Positions 27,122 to 37,434 are shown, counted from the first letter of the stretch. The stretch is DNA of 64,000 nucleotides from Spirochaetota bacterium (GCA_965205605.1 CBDBHE010000002.1:1-64000), one strand, 5' to 3'. Made by a program: numbers and translations. Notes: generated by a model from the letters alone, not told the origin.

Positions 27122-28873
27122 ATGGAAAAAAAGAAGTTTATTTTTTTATTATTGTTTTTAACCTTCTTTTCTTGTCAAAAAGGATATGAGCCATTAAGTA
27201 AGATTCCTAATTTTGATGCTGAAGGTCGAGGAGGAATGATTACAGGGGGCATGTTTTCATTTCCAAAGTCATTTAATGCTTATTTGGATAATTATTCAAT
27301 TATCAGTTCTATTTTCTCTTTAATTTACGAATCCTTCTGTGACTTTGATTCCGATACAGGTGAGTGGCAACCTCTTCTTGCAAAAAAATGGACGGTGTCA
27401 AAAGACAAAAGAGTTTTTACATTTCATTTAAATCCTAAAGCTACTTTTAATGATGGGACTCCTGTAACAACAGAAGATGTTTTGTTTACTTATAAGACTC
27501 TTATGAATACGAATCATTTAACGATTCTCTCTAGGATTAGTTTATCAAAGTTTCATTTCCCAGAAGTGGTTGATAAATGGACGATTCGTTTTCGTTCAAA
27601 AGATATTCACTGGCGTAATTTTATTAATCTTTGTTCATTAAAGATTTTACCTAAGCATTTATATGAAGGTAAAGATTTTAATAAAGATTTTAATACGAGT
27701 TTACCGACTGGTTCGGGACCGTATTCTTTTGATAAAGTTAAACTGGGTTATAGCTTTACACTTAAACGAGAAACAAATTGGTGGGCTAAATCGCTACCTT
27801 TTTATAAAAATAAGTTTAACTTTAATTTGATTCGCTTTAAGACTTATGGAGGGCAGCTTTCTATTTTTGAAGCTCTTAAAAAAGGAGAAATCCAAGTCTT
27901 ACAGATGAATGTTTCTAGACTTTGGGTTAACGAAACACTTTCTAAAAAATTTCAAAAAAACTACATTGTAAAACAAAAAATATACAATCAGCGCCCTCAA
28001 TCTGTGCAAGGGATGCATTTTAATCTTAGAAAAAAAATCTTTTCAGAAAAGAAAGTACGTCTTGCTATGGCCCATCTTTTTAATCGAAAAAAAATGAATG
28101 AGACATTAATGTTTAATCAATATAAGATGCTTCAGTCTTATTACCCGACTTATTTTGGAAATAAGGGAAAGAAGAAAACTGATTTTAGCTTGGAGAAAGC
28201 TTCGAAGCTTCTTAAAGAAGCTAGTTGGACTGATGTTAATGAAGAAGGAATTTTAACGAACACAATAGATGATCAAATCAAAAAATTTGAACTTGATATT
28301 TTTTATTATGATAAAGGATTTGAAAAGTTTTATACGATTTTTAAAGAAGATTGTCGCAAAGTTGGTATTGCAATTAATTTGCACTTTGTTTCTTGGTCTC
28401 GTTTTAGTGAAATGATGGAAAAATATCAATTTGATTTAATCAATCTTAATCGCTCGTCTTCTTACTTTTTTGATCCAGAAGCCGCTTGGCATTCAAAATA
28501 TGTTAATGTCCCAAATGGCAATAATATTAGTGGTTACCAAAACAAGCAAGTGGATAGTTTGATTGAGCAAATGAAAAAAGAGTTTGATTTTAAAAGGCGT
28601 CTTGAGCTTCTCAATGAGATCAATCAACAGTTGATAAATGACACTCCTGTTATTTTAGGATGGGGGCTTGATTATGTGAGACTTGTTTATTGGAATGTTT
28701 TTGAGACTCCAAAAGGTGTTTTATCTAAAATAGGTAGTTCGACGGTATTGGACGTGGTTTCTAATTGGAAGTATAGCCATGAGAAATGGAAGCTTCTTTT
28801 AAAAGCAAAAGAAGAGGGTTTAGAATTAGAAAAGCCAGCTTATGAAATTTTTACAGATCCGATTACTTTTTAG
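27122..28873 (+). CDS. Peptide ABC transporter substrate-binding lipoprotein (family 5, YejA-like)
   Basis: Lipobox FFSC; LAKKW.VS, FNDGTPVT.EDV.FT, GSGPY, FN.R...F....VR.A. Confidence 0.9.
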   Translation: MEKKKFIFLLLFLTFFSCQKGYEPLSKIPNFDAEGRGGMITGGMFSFPKSFNAYLDNYSIISSIFSLIYESFCDFDSDTGEWQPLLAKKWTVSKDKRVFTFHLNPKATFNDGTPVTTEDVLFTYKTLMNTNHLTILSRISLSKFHFPEVVDKWTIRFRSKDIHWRNFINLCSLKILPKHLYEGKDFNKDFNTSLPTGSGPYSFDKVKLGYSFTLKRETNWWAKSLPFYKNKFNFNLIRFKTYGGQLSIFEALKKGEIQVLQMNVSRLWVNETLSKKFQKNYIVKQKIYNQRPQSVQGMHFNLRKKIFSEKKVRLAMAHLFNRKKMNETLMFNQYKMLQSYYPTYFGNKGKKKTDFSLEKASKLLKEASWTDVNEEGILTNTIDDQIKKFELDIFYYDKGFEKFYTIFKEDCRKVGIAINLHFVSWSRFSEMMEKYQFDLINLNRSSSYFFDPEAAWHSKYVNVPNGNNISGYQNKQVDSLIEQMKKEFDFKRRLELLNEINQQLINDTPVILGWGLDYVRLVYWNVFETPKGVLSKIGSSTVLDVVSNWKYSHEKWKLLLKAKEEGLELEKPAYEIFTDPITF

Positions 28874-28958
28874 TTTTTTTTTCTTACTAAACACTTTTAA
28901 AAAAAAAACGACATTATAGTAAAGCTCTTTTTAAGGAGATTTATTTGGTTTTTTTAAA

Positions 28959-29996
28959 GTGAAACAGTATTTTATAAAACGTCTTTTTCTTATTTTACCG
29001 ACTTTATTTGGGATTACTTTTTTTTGTTTTATCATTATGCAGTTGGTCCCTGGTGGGCCGGCGGACCAAATGATTCAAAGAGTAAGGGGATCGACGACTT
29101 CTACGGGGGAAGGAAGCTCTAGTCTTTCAGGAGATCTTGCAATTTCTGAAAAAGAAATTGAATTAATTAAAAAATATTTTGGTTTTGATAAACCAATTAT
29201 TGTTCGATATTTTGTTTGGTTAAAAAAAATCTTTGTTTTAGACTTAGGTCAATCTTATAGCTATCATCAAAGTGTTTTAAGCTTGATTTTAAATCGTTTA
29301 CCTGTTTCATTAACGTTTGGTCTTTTTAGTTTTTTTCTTACTTATTTAATTTGTATTCCTCTTGGGATGCTAAAAGCAGTCTTTAATCATAGTTTTTTTG
29401 ATCACTTTTCGAGTATCGTTGTTTTTATAGGTTATACGATACCAGGCTTTGTTTTAGGAGTCTTTCTTTTGATTTTTTTAGGAGGAGGGAGCTTTTTAAA
29501 TCTTTTTCCACTTGGAGGATTAAGCTCTGATTACTTTGAAGAATTAAATTTGCTTGGGAAACTATTAGATTATTTGCATCATATGTTTTTACCGCTTCTT
29601 TGTTATGTAGTTGGCAACTTTGCTTTTTTAACGCTGCTAATGAAAAACACTTTAATTACAGAAATTAATAAAGATTATTTTAAAGTAGCTCTTGCTAAAG
29701 GGATTCGTTATCAAGATGCGATTTTTTTTCATGCTTTTAAAAATGCGCTTATTCCCATTGTCACAGGAATGGGAGGTGTTTTTCTTATTTTATTTGCGGG
29801 TTCTATTTTAATTGAAAATGTTTTTAATATTAATGGAGTTGGTCGACTGAGTTATGAAGCGATAGTAAATAGAGATTATCCTCTTGTAATGGGGCTTGTC
29901 TTAATTCAGTCTTTTTTGGCTTTGATAGGCAGATTTTTTTCAGACATGGCTTATGTTTTGATAGATCCGAGGATCCATTTTAGTAAGGCAAATTAA
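28959..29996 (+). CDS. Peptide ABC transporter permease (OppB/YejB-like)
   Basis: YFIKRL..I.PTL.GI, PGGP, FGFDKP, DLG.S, AKG...HA.KNA, RDYP, DPRI. Confidence 0.93.
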   Translation: MKQYFIKRLFLILPTLFGITFFCFIIMQLVPGGPADQMIQRVRGSTTSTGEGSSSLSGDLAISEKEIELIKKYFGFDKPIIVRYFVWLKKIFVLDLGQSYSYHQSVLSLILNRLPVSLTFGLFSFFLTYLICIPLGMLKAVFNHSFFDHFSSIVVFIGYTIPGFVLGVFLLIFLGGGSFLNLFPLGGLSSDYFEELNLLGKLLDYLHHMFLPLLCYVVGNFAFLTLLMKNTLITEINKDYFKVALAKGIRYQDAIFFHAFKNALIPIVTGMGGVFLILFAGSILIENVFNINGVGRLSYEAIVNRDYPLVMGLVLIQSFLALIGRFFSDMAYVLIDPRIHFSKAN

Positions 29997-29998
29997 GC

Positions 29999-31030
29999 AT
30001 GTTTAGTCCAGAAATAAAAAAAAAATGGGAACTTTTTTTTAGTCTTAAAAGAGCTAAAATTGCCTTTTATTTATTTATTTCTTTATACTTTATTTCTCTT
30101 TTTTCTAACTTTATTGCCAATGATAAGCCTTTGTTTGTTTATTATAAAAATAACATTTATTTTCCTATTTTTAGTTTTTATCAAGCCAGTACTTTTGAAC
30201 AAGAAAATAGAGTGATTCCTGATTATAAACTTTTAAAAAAAAAAATGAAGCTAGAAAAGCTTAAAGGGATTATTTTATTTCCACCGATTTCTTATGGAGT
30301 GAATGAATCCCTTTTATCAGATAATCGCTCTCATCCTTCTCCTCCGTCGTGGTTTAATTTTTTTGGCACTGATGATCGAGGCAGAGATATTTTCACAAGG
30401 CTTCTTTATGGTTTTCGTATCTCAGTGAGTTTTGCTTTACTCCTTGTTATGATGTCAATGATGATTGGTTTTTTGATAGGGGCTTTACAAGGTTATTTTG
30501 GAGGTTTGTTAGATTTGTCTTTTCAGAGAATAACAGAAATCATTGCGGCACTTCCTTTTTTGTATATGATTATTTTGATTGGATCTTTACTAGGACAAAG
30601 CTTTTTGGGGCTTCTTTTAATTTTTTCTTTTTTTAACTGGATAGGGATTTCTTATTATATAAGGGGAGAATATTTTCGTTTTAGAGGACTCCCATTTGTA
30701 GAATCTTCAAAAGCTATTGGGATGAATTCTTTTAAAATCATGTTTAAAACCATTTTACCAAATGCACTTACTCCTGTGATTACCTTTCTTCCTTTTGAAG
30801 TCATTAGTGGGGTTTTTAGTTTGACAGCTTTAGATTATTTAGGATTTGGTTTGCCGGCTCCAACGCCTAGTTGGGGGGAGCTTTTAAGTCAGGGGATCAA
30901 TCATCTTCATTCTTGGTGGCTTGTTTTATTTCCTTTTTGTTTCCTTTTTCTTTCGATGCTGCTGATGGCTTTTATTGGAGAAGGGATACGAGAAGTCTTT
31001 GACCCCAAACGCCTTAATAAAATTAAGTAA
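29999..31030 (+). CDS. Peptide ABC transporter permease (OppC/YejE-like)
   Basis: IANDKPL, FGTDDRGRD...RL.YG.R.S, LPNA, LD.LGFG.P...PSWGELL, DPK. Confidence 0.93.
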   Translation: MFSPEIKKKWELFFSLKRAKIAFYLFISLYFISLFSNFIANDKPLFVYYKNNIYFPIFSFYQASTFEQENRVIPDYKLLKKKMKLEKLKGIILFPPISYGVNESLLSDNRSHPSPPSWFNFFGTDDRGRDIFTRLLYGFRISVSFALLLVMMSMMIGFLIGALQGYFGGLLDLSFQRITEIIAALPFLYMIILIGSLLGQSFLGLLLIFSFFNWIGISYYIRGEYFRFRGLPFVESSKAIGMNSFKIMFKTILPNALTPVITFLPFEVISGVFSLTALDYLGFGLPAPTPSWGELLSQGINHLHSWWLVLFPFCFLFLSMLLMAFIGEGIREVFDPKRLNKIK

Positions 31031-31039
31031 AACAAGCAG

Positions 31040-32014
31040 ATGCATCTACTTTCAGTAAAAAATTTAAATGTTGATTTTGAAACTTCTTTAGGAACAGGAA
31101 ATGCTGTTAGGAATGTTAGTTTTGACTTAGAAGAAGGAAAAACACTTGCTTTAGTTGGAGAGTCAGGTAGTGGTAAAAGTGTCAGTGCTTTATCGATTTT
31201 AAAACTTCTTCCCATGCCTCCAGCTAAAATAAAAGGAAGGATTCTTTATCAAAAAAAAGATCTTTTATCAATTCCTTATGAAAAGCTTGTCTCTTTTAGA
31301 GGAGAAGAGATTAGTATGATCTTTCAAGATCCAATGAATAGCCTTAATCCTGTTTTAAAAGTGGGAGATCAAATAATAGAAACGTTGGTGCGAAAGAAAG
31401 GATTTTCTAAAAAAATAGCCAAAGAAAAAGCTTTGCTGATGATGCAAAAAGTAGGTATTTCTGACACACATAAACGCTTTCAAGCGTATCCGCATCAGCT
31501 TAGTGGAGGAATGAATCAAAGAATGATGATTTGCCAAGCTTTAATTAATGAACCCAAACTGCTAATCGCCGATGAACCTACTACCGCTTTAGATGTCACC
31601 ATACAAGCTCAAGTTTTAGAAATGATTAATCAACTCAAACAATCCATGAAGATGTCAGTGCTTTTTATTACTCACAACTTGGCTCTCGCTTATGAATATG
31701 CAGATGAAATTTGTGTGATGTATGCAGGGGAAATTGTAGAAAAACAAAGTGTAAAAACTATTTTTAAAAACCCTTGCCATCCTTATACAAAAGGGTTGCT
31801 CCAAGCTATCCCAAAAATCAATCTTCCTAAGCAAAAACTAAAACCCATTGCAGGTCATGTGCCTTCTATTATGAAGATGCCTACAGGATGCAGATTTCAT
31901 CCTCGTTGTGAAAAAGTGATGGAGGTTTGTGCTAAAGAATCTCCTCGGTGTTATCATTTAAAAAAAAGAAGCCATTTTGTTTCTTGTTGGTTGTTTGAAA
32001 AAAAATCATCATGA
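31040..32014 (+). CDS. oppD: Peptide ABC transporter ATP-binding protein (OppD-like)
   Basis: GESGSGKS, IFQDPM, YPHQLSGGM.QR, DEPTTALD, HPYT..LL, GCRFHPRC. Confidence 0.9.
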   Translation: MHLLSVKNLNVDFETSLGTGNAVRNVSFDLEEGKTLALVGESGSGKSVSALSILKLLPMPPAKIKGRILYQKKDLLSIPYEKLVSFRGEEISMIFQDPMNSLNPVLKVGDQIIETLVRKKGFSKKIAKEKALLMMQKVGISDTHKRFQAYPHQLSGGMNQRMMICQALINEPKLLIADEPTTALDVTIQAQVLEMINQLKQSMKMSVLFITHNLALAYEYADEICVMYAGEIVEKQSVKTIFKNPCHPYTKGLLQAIPKINLPKQKLKPIAGHVPSIMKMPTGCRFHPRCEKVMEVCAKESPRCYHLKKRSHFVSCWLFEKKSS

Positions 32015-32970
32015 AGCACAAAAAATCTTATTTTTCTATTGAAAAACTCAAAACTTATTTTCCAATAGAAACCAATTTTTTTGGTAAACCTAAAAAGTAT
32101 TTAAAAGCTCTAGATGGAGTGAGCTTGAAAATCCAACAAGGAGAAACTCTTGCTTTAGTGGGAGAGTCAGGTTCTGGTAAAACTACCTTGGGCAAAACAA
32201 TGTTATCTTTAGTCAAAAAAACGTCAGGCAATGTTAAATGGAAAGAAAAAAATATTGATCTTTTCAATAAAAAAGAAAAACTTTTCTTTAGAAAAGAAAA
32301 TCAAATTATTTTTCAAGACCCTATTAATTCTCTTAATCCTTCTTTTAGTATTTTTGAGATCCTTTGTGAAGGGCTTGATATTCATTTCAAGCTTTCTTTT
32401 CAAGAAAAAAAAAATAAGATTAAACAAGCCTTACGAACCATTGGTTTAGAAGATGCTTTTGATAAATACCCACATCAATTTTCAGGGGGTCAAAGACAGA
32501 GAATTATGATTGCTAAAGCCACTTTATTACAACCTAAATTTATTGTTTGTGATGAACCAGTGGCTTCTTTGGATGTTTCAATTCAAGCTCAAATTTTAAA
32601 ACTTTTAATGGATTTACAAAAAAAATATTCTCTTTCTTATCTATTTATTTCTCATGATTTAGCGGTGGTTTACCATATAGCTAGCCGAGTAGTTGTGATG
32701 TATTTAGGAGAAATTGTCGAGGAAGGCCTGACTCAAGAGATTTTCAAGTCGCCTTCTCATCCTTATACGCATTCTCTTCTTGAAGCGATCCCAAAGTTTT
32801 CAAAGAGAAAAAAAAAGCTTGTTAAAGGAGATATTCCTTCTCCTATTGACAAACCTTTAGGATGTGTTTTTAATACTCGCTGTGATAAAGCCACTGAAAA
32901 ATGTTTTTTAGAAAAACCTTTATTTAAAAAACTTTCTAAGACTCATTTTTCAGCTTGTCATTTTTCTTAA
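32011..32970 (+). CDS. oppF: Peptide ABC transporter ATP-binding protein (OppF-like)
   Basis: KALDGVS, GESGSGKTT, YPHQFSGGQRQR, DEPVASLDVSIQAQ, GC.F..RC. Confidence 0.9.
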   Translation: MKHKKSYFSIEKLKTYFPIETNFFGKPKKYLKALDGVSLKIQQGETLALVGESGSGKTTLGKTMLSLVKKTSGNVKWKEKNIDLFNKKEKLFFRKENQIIFQDPINSLNPSFSIFEILCEGLDIHFKLSFQEKKNKIKQALRTIGLEDAFDKYPHQFSGGQRQRIMIAKATLLQPKFIVCDEPVASLDVSIQAQILKLLMDLQKKYSLSYLFISHDLAVVYHIASRVVVMYLGEIVEEGLTQEIFKSPSHPYTHSLLEAIPKFSKRKKKLVKGDIPSPIDKPLGCVFNTRCDKATEKCFLEKPLFKKLSKTHFSACHFS

Positions 32971-34119
32971 ATCACCTTTACTTTTCTTTTCTTTTTGTAC
33001 TTCAAATCCCAAATATTTTAACACTTGACTTGTTTTAGGTTTTAAAAAACTTGAATGCTTGATCACATAGTGGTGAAATTCAAGTCTTCTTGGATACTGT
33101 TTTCTAAATGTTTCGAAAGCAGACTTGATGTTTTTTGTTTTTAATAAGATTTGTTTGAAATTTTGAGCTTCTTTTTTAATGTTATAAACTTTTGAAATTA
33201 CTTGAAAAAGTGTTTGTGTTAGACTGTTATCTTCTTTTAATGAAATGATTTTTTTCTTTGACAAGCTTGTTGGAATTTTCCATTTAATAGGTTCTTTTTT
33301 CCATTCACAAAATTGATGATAAATGATTTCGGTTGCTTTTATTTTTCCATCAAAGCTATAACCGGCTATATGAGGGGTTGCTAAAAAAATTTTCTTTAAA
33401 ATTTTTGGATTAATATGGGGCTCTTTTCTAAAAACATCTAAAATAACTTGAGAAATCATTTCTTTTTTAATTGCTTTTAAAAGGTCATTTTCTTTAATAA
33501 TCTCTCCTCTACTGGCATTAATTAAAAGAGGTTTTTGAGTTAATTTTTTTAAAAAAGCACCATTGACAAAATTATTTGTTGGGTATTTGGTTTGGTAGGT
33601 GAGAGGGACGTGAAAACTAATAATATCTGCTTTGGTAGCAGAGATTAGACTTTTAGAAAAATTTTTTTTATCTAAAAAAGGATCAATAGCAATCACTTTC
33701 ATCTTTAATTTTTTGCACCAATTGATCAAAAGACTTCCAATATGACCACAGCCAACAATCGCAATCGTTAAGGTTTCAACTTCTTTTGAATATTCAGTAG
33801 CGTAATAAAAAATAGCCGAAAAAACATACTCACAAACAGAACGAGCATTACAACCTGCAGCATGAATAAAAGCAATTTTTTTTTTGTTTAAATAAGAAAG
33901 ATCTACGTGATTAATGCCACTTGTTGGAGAAGCAATAAATTGAATCAAGGTGTTTTTTAAAAGAGAATCATTAATGAAGGTATTAGACTTTGTAATGAGT
34001 CCGTGAGCTTTTTTAAGGTGCTTATTTTTTAATTTTTTTACTTCAAAAAGAGTGACTTTTGCATGGAAGGAAAATGCTTGTGAAGCAAAAGGAATATTCT
34101 CATCAATAAAGAGATTCAA
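32950..34119 (-). CDS. pdxB: 4-phosphoerythronate dehydrogenase
   Basis: IDENIP, GCNA.SV.EYV, GCGHIG, HVPLT, NASRG, LDV...EP, TPHIAGYS.DGK, F...RK.YP.R.E. Confidence 0.88.
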   Translation of the reverse strand: MNLFIDENIPFASQAFSFHAKVTLFEVKKLKNKHLKKAHGLITKSNTFINDSLLKNTLIQFIASPTSGINHVDLSYLNKKKIAFIHAAGCNARSVCEYVFSAIFYYATEYSKEVETLTIAIVGCGHIGSLLINWCKKLKMKVIAIDPFLDKKNFSKSLISATKADIISFHVPLTYQTKYPTNNFVNGAFLKKLTQKPLLINASRGEIIKENDLLKAIKKEMISQVILDVFRKEPHINPKILKKIFLATPHIAGYSFDGKIKATEIIYHQFCEWKKEPIKWKIPTSLSKKKIISLKEDNSLTQTLFQVISKVYNIKKEAQNFKQILLKTKNIKSAFETFRKQYPRRLEFHHYVIKHSSFLKPKTSQVLKYLGFEVQKEKKSKGDLRKMTS

Positions 34120-34148
34120 GGGGCAAAAAAAGCTTGGTTTGTTAAAAA

Positions 34149-35267
34149 TTAATCGTTTTGATGTAAAGACTGATTGAGTTCAACAGACTTTTTGTTGGGA
34201 TAGCAAATAATTTTTCCTGAAGTAGAATCTTGTAAAAAAAGAAGATTCTCTTTACCCGATAGCTCAGCACCTTTAATAATATTGTCGCCTTCTTTAACAA
34301 ACTCTTCTTTTAGATTGATAGGGTTTTTTTCTTGATTATAAAGTGAAACTTTTGTCCCTGATGTAATATACACTCCTGCAGCAATTGTACAACCATCTCC
34401 TAAAGAGATCCCTGTCCCTGCATTGGCTCCTATAAGGCATCTTTGTCCAATGTGAATGATGGTTTTTCCTCCTCCAGAAAGAGTGCCCATAATTGAGGCT
34501 CCTCCACCAATATCAGAGTCTTTTTCTAAAACAACTCCAGCAGATACTCGACCTTCTATCATACAGTTTTCAATTGTTCCTGCATTAAAATTAACATACC
34601 CTGCAGGCATGATAGTCGTCCCTGTCCCTAAGTAAGCACCTAACCTAGCTTGCGAGCCTGAAGCAATACGAACTCCTTTTGGAATCGTATAATTAAGTAA
34701 ATGAGGAATCTTATCAACATAAAAAATTTGTAATGGGTGTTCGGTTGTTAAATACTTTAATTTTTCTTCTTCCACGTCATTAATGAGCATCGGGCCTTTG
34801 TTGGTCCAAGCTAAATTGTTTAAATAACCAAACATGCCTTCTAAAGAAAGTTGATTGGGCTGATAAAGCTTTTTTGAAATACAATGAAGTTTAAAGAAAG
34901 CTTCTTCGGTGCTTAAAATTGCCTTTTTTTCTTCAAAGAGAAAAAAAAAAATTAGATCGATAGTTGTGTATTTTGATGTTTCTAAATTTAAATGAAGGAG
35001 TGTTTTTAAAATTTGATTTTTTTTTGAATTGTTTTCTTTTGATGAATTTTCGATGAAACTTTCAAGGGTCTCTTTTGTCAGAAGTTTTAAGCCATTTTTT
35101 GAGTCATTGATAGAAGAGGTGATCTTTAAAGTTTTTAAGGTATTAATTAAACTATTTTTATCTTTATTTTTAGAAGTTTCAATAATAGGGAAAGTAACAT
35201 CTAAAGTTTTATTTGCTTTTTTTCTTCGAATTCCAATCCCACAAGTCAGTAGTTTTTGATTTTGCAT
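34149..35267 (-). CDS. dapD: Tetrahydrodipicolinate N-succinyltransferase (long Pseudomonas/actinobacterial type)
   Basis: AWTNKGP, VDK.P....Y..P.GVRIA....RLGAYL..GTT.M..G.VNFNAGT, EGRVSAGV, DIGGGASIMGTLSGGG. Confidence 0.93.
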   Translation of the reverse strand: MQNQKLLTCGIGIRRKKANKTLDVTFPIIETSKNKDKNSLINTLKTLKITSSINDSKNGLKLLTKETLESFIENSSKENNSKKNQILKTLLHLNLETSKYTTIDLIFFFLFEEKKAILSTEEAFFKLHCISKKLYQPNQLSLEGMFGYLNNLAWTNKGPMLINDVEEEKLKYLTTEHPLQIFYVDKIPHLLNYTIPKGVRIASGSQARLGAYLGTGTTIMPAGYVNFNAGTIENCMIEGRVSAGVVLEKDSDIGGGASIMGTLSGGGKTIIHIGQRCLIGANAGTGISLGDGCTIAAGVYITSGTKVSLYNQEKNPINLKEEFVKEGDNIIKGAELSGKENLLFLQDSTSGKIICYPNKKSVELNQSLHQND

Positions 35268-35360
35268 TTTGTTTTATAAGTATATTTTCACCATTTTAGC
35301 ATGATTTAAAAAAGAATTTTTTCTCTTTTATGCTTGTAAGAGGCTTTGGCTTAGAAAATA

Positions 35361-35369
35361 TGCTATAAT
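35361..35369 (+). promoter_or_regulatory. Extended -10 promoter element for tRNA-Cys/tRNA-Leu
   Basis: TGcTATAAT 25 nt upstream of tRNA-Cys; no clear -35. Confidence 0.5.
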
Positions 35370-35394
35370 TTTTTTTAAAAATCAATCACTACTT

Positions 35395-35466
35395 GGAGGG
35401 TTAGCCAAGTGGTAAGGCAGAGGTTTGCAAAACCTCTATGCACCGGTTCGAATCCGGTACCCTCCT
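35395..35466 (+). tRNA. tRNA-Cys (GCA)
   Basis: Acceptor GGAGGGT/ACCCTCC, D arm AGCCAAGTGGTAAGGC, anticodon stem GAGGT-TTGCAAA-ACCTC, GGTTCGAATCC, U discriminator; CCA not encoded. Confidence 0.96.
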
Positions 35467-35515
35467 CTTCAATAGTAATCACTTTCCTATAAAAAAATTG
35501 GAATGGTGAAATAAT

Positions 35516-35600
35516 GCCGGAGTGGTGGAATTGGTAGACACAAGGGACTTAAAATCCCTCGGCTGTTACAGCTGTGCCGGTTCAAGTCCGGCCTCCGGTA
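35516..35600 (+). tRNA. tRNA-Leu (TAA)
   Basis: GCCGGAG/CTCCGGT acceptor, AGGGA-CTTAAAA-TCCCT anticodon arm, long variable arm GGCTGTTACAGCT, GGTTCAAGTCC; CCA not encoded. Confidence 0.96.
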
Positions 35601-35642
35601 CTTTTTTATTTTGAATGCCATTGTAATGATTCATTCTTTTTA

Positions 35643-36548
35643 ATGACTATTTCTTTACAAATTGATTGTTATGCAAAGATCAATTTATTTCTTTCTTTAT
35701 TAAAAAAAAGAAGCGATTCTTATCACGAAATACAATCTGTTTTTCAAAGTATTTCTCTTTATGATTCGTTAGTTTTAAAAACATCAAAAACCTTTTCTTT
35801 AAAGCTCAATCAAAAAGCTTCTTCTTTTCCAATTAAAGACAAAGAAAATTTTTTAAATCAGAATTTGATTCAACAGATTTACGATTACTTTTTAAAGACT
35901 TATCACATTAATGCAGTGAGAGTAAATTTAATTAAAAGAATTCCTATTGGAGCAGGCCTTGGGGGAGGAAGTGCTGATGGAGCTGGGATGATTTGGGGGC
36001 TCAATCAATTGTTTGATCTCAAACTTTCTTTAAAAAAACTTATTGGTATTGCTTCTTACTTTGGCAGTGATATTCCTTTTGCTTTAAGAGGAGGGTGTGC
36101 ATTAGTAAAGGGAAGGGGGGAGAAGATTCGTTTTTTACCTTCGGTTGTTTCGTGCTATGTGCTCCTTATTTATCCGGAAATTTTTATTTCAACTAAGGTG
36201 GCTTATAAAGATCATGCTATTTTAAATAAAAACAAAAAAGCTAAATCGTTTATTAAATTTTTTTTTGACACTAAAAGAAAAAACTCTTTACAAAAAGCTG
36301 CTTTGAAAGCTTATAATGGTTTTGAAAGTAAAACATTTTTAAAATGGCAGACAATTTACAAACTTTTTGAAACATTAAAAAAACACGCTTCTTTTGTTCG
36401 TATGAGTGGATCTGGCTCAAGTTTATTTGCTTTGTTTTTAGATAAAAAACAAGCTGAGTCTGCTTTTCTTTTTTTTAAAAAAAAATATTTTTATACGTTT
36501 CTTCTTAAGACAGAAAATCAAGGAATTAGGGTGAAATCTATTGTTTAA
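35643..36548 (+). CDS. ispE: 4-diphosphocytidyl-2-C-methyl-D-erythritol kinase
   Basis: AKINLFL, YHEI.S.FQ, KRIPIGAGLGGGSAD, GSDIPF, GRGE, MSGSGS. Start moved to ATG 35643 because the track's GTG at 35574 lies inside tRNA-Leu. Confidence 0.93.
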   Translation: MTISLQIDCYAKINLFLSLLKKRSDSYHEIQSVFQSISLYDSLVLKTSKTFSLKLNQKASSFPIKDKENFLNQNLIQQIYDYFLKTYHINAVRVNLIKRIPIGAGLGGGSADGAGMIWGLNQLFDLKLSLKKLIGIASYFGSDIPFALRGGCALVKGRGEKIRFLPSVVSCYVLLIYPEIFISTKVAYKDHAILNKNKKAKSFIKFFFDTKRKNSLQKAALKAYNGFESKTFLKWQTIYKLFETLKKHASFVRMSGSGSSLFALFLDKKQAESAFLFFKKKYFYTFLLKTENQGIRVKSIV

Positions 36549-36597
36549 ATCATTGGTGTTTCAACTTCAATTTCTTTGTAATTTGAAGTCATTTGTA

Positions 36598-36606
36598 TGT
36601 TATAAT
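36598..36606 (+). promoter_or_regulatory. Extended -10 element upstream of tRNA-Gln
   Basis: TGtTATAAT, preceded by an ACTTCAA...TTGAAGT inverted repeat (about 36564-36589). Confidence 0.45.
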
Positions 36607-36629
36607 AACTACCAAATTGTTATATTAAT

Positions 36630-36701
36630 TGGGGTGTAGCCAAGTGGTAAGGCAACGGGTTTTGGTCTCGTCATACCTAGGTTCGAATCCTAGCACCCCA
36701 G
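36630..36701 (+). tRNA. tRNA-Gln (TTG)
   Basis: TGGGGTG/CACCCCA acceptor, ACGGG-TTTTGGT-CTCGT anticodon arm, GGTTCGAATCC; CCA not encoded. Confidence 0.95.
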
Positions 36702-36752
36702 ATGATTTAATACTTAAAAAAAGAAACGGTATCAAGTATTTTAAGGAGTTCT

Positions 36753-37406
36753 ATGATGAAACTTGTTTTAGAAGCCAATAAACGAAAAATAAAAATAAAA
36801 AATATCGCTAGAAAATCTTTTAAGAATAACTTTATCCCGGCTATTCTTTATGGCAAAAATCTTAATACTCCAGTTGAAGTTTCTCGTAGTCAATTTGAAA
36901 AAATCTTCCCACATATTCAAACTAATTCTATTTTAAAACTTATTTTGGAAAAAAAAGAAGAAAAGGTGTTTTTACGAGATTATACAATTTCTCTTAAAAA
37001 TAGAAGTATTAATCATATTGATTTTTTTGCTGTAAATGAAAATTCAACCATTTCTATAGGGATTCCTATTGAATTAAAAGGAGTTGCAAAGGGAGTTCTT
37101 AGAGGAGGTGTGGTGCGATGTTTTAATAAAACTATTTTTGTGAAGGCTCAAGTGCTTAATCTCCCTAAAACAATAGAAATTGATATTTCTAATTTAGACG
37201 TGGGTCATTCTTTTCTTGTAGAAGATTTAAAACTAGGTGAAAAACTTATCATTTTAGACACCCCTAAAAGAACCATTGTAACAGTGGTTGCTCTAGCAAA
37301 AGAAGCTAAAGTAGAAGAAGAAGAGAGTGATAATAAAGAAAAAGAGACTGCCTCAGCAGATGCTCCCAAAAAAAATCTAAAACAAAATGAAGAGAAAAAA
37401 AAATAA
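36753..37406 (+). CDS. rplY: 50S ribosomal protein L25/Ctc
   Basis: IPAILYG, HIDF, PI.L.G.A.GV..GG, P..IEIDIS.L.VG; acidic/basic tail. Confidence 0.93.
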   Translation: MMKLVLEANKRKIKIKNIARKSFKNNFIPAILYGKNLNTPVEVSRSQFEKIFPHIQTNSILKLILEKKEEKVFLRDYTISLKNRSINHIDFFAVNENSTISIGIPIELKGVAKGVLRGGVVRCFNKTIFVKAQVLNLPKTIEIDISNLDVGHSFLVEDLKLGEKLIILDTPKRTIVTVVALAKEAKVEEEESDNKEKETASADAPKKNLKQNEEKKK

Positions 37407-37434
37407 CAATTAATTTATTTTTTAATCTATTAAA

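Noticed and set aside
35574-35642. ORF-track N-terminal extension of ispE (MPVQVRPP...)
   Set aside because: It overlaps the T arm of tRNA-Leu; IspE homology starts at ATG 35643.
35395-36701. tRNAs as integration sites of an island
   Set aside because: No integrase and no duplicated tRNA 3' end seen; the flanking genes are core housekeeping.
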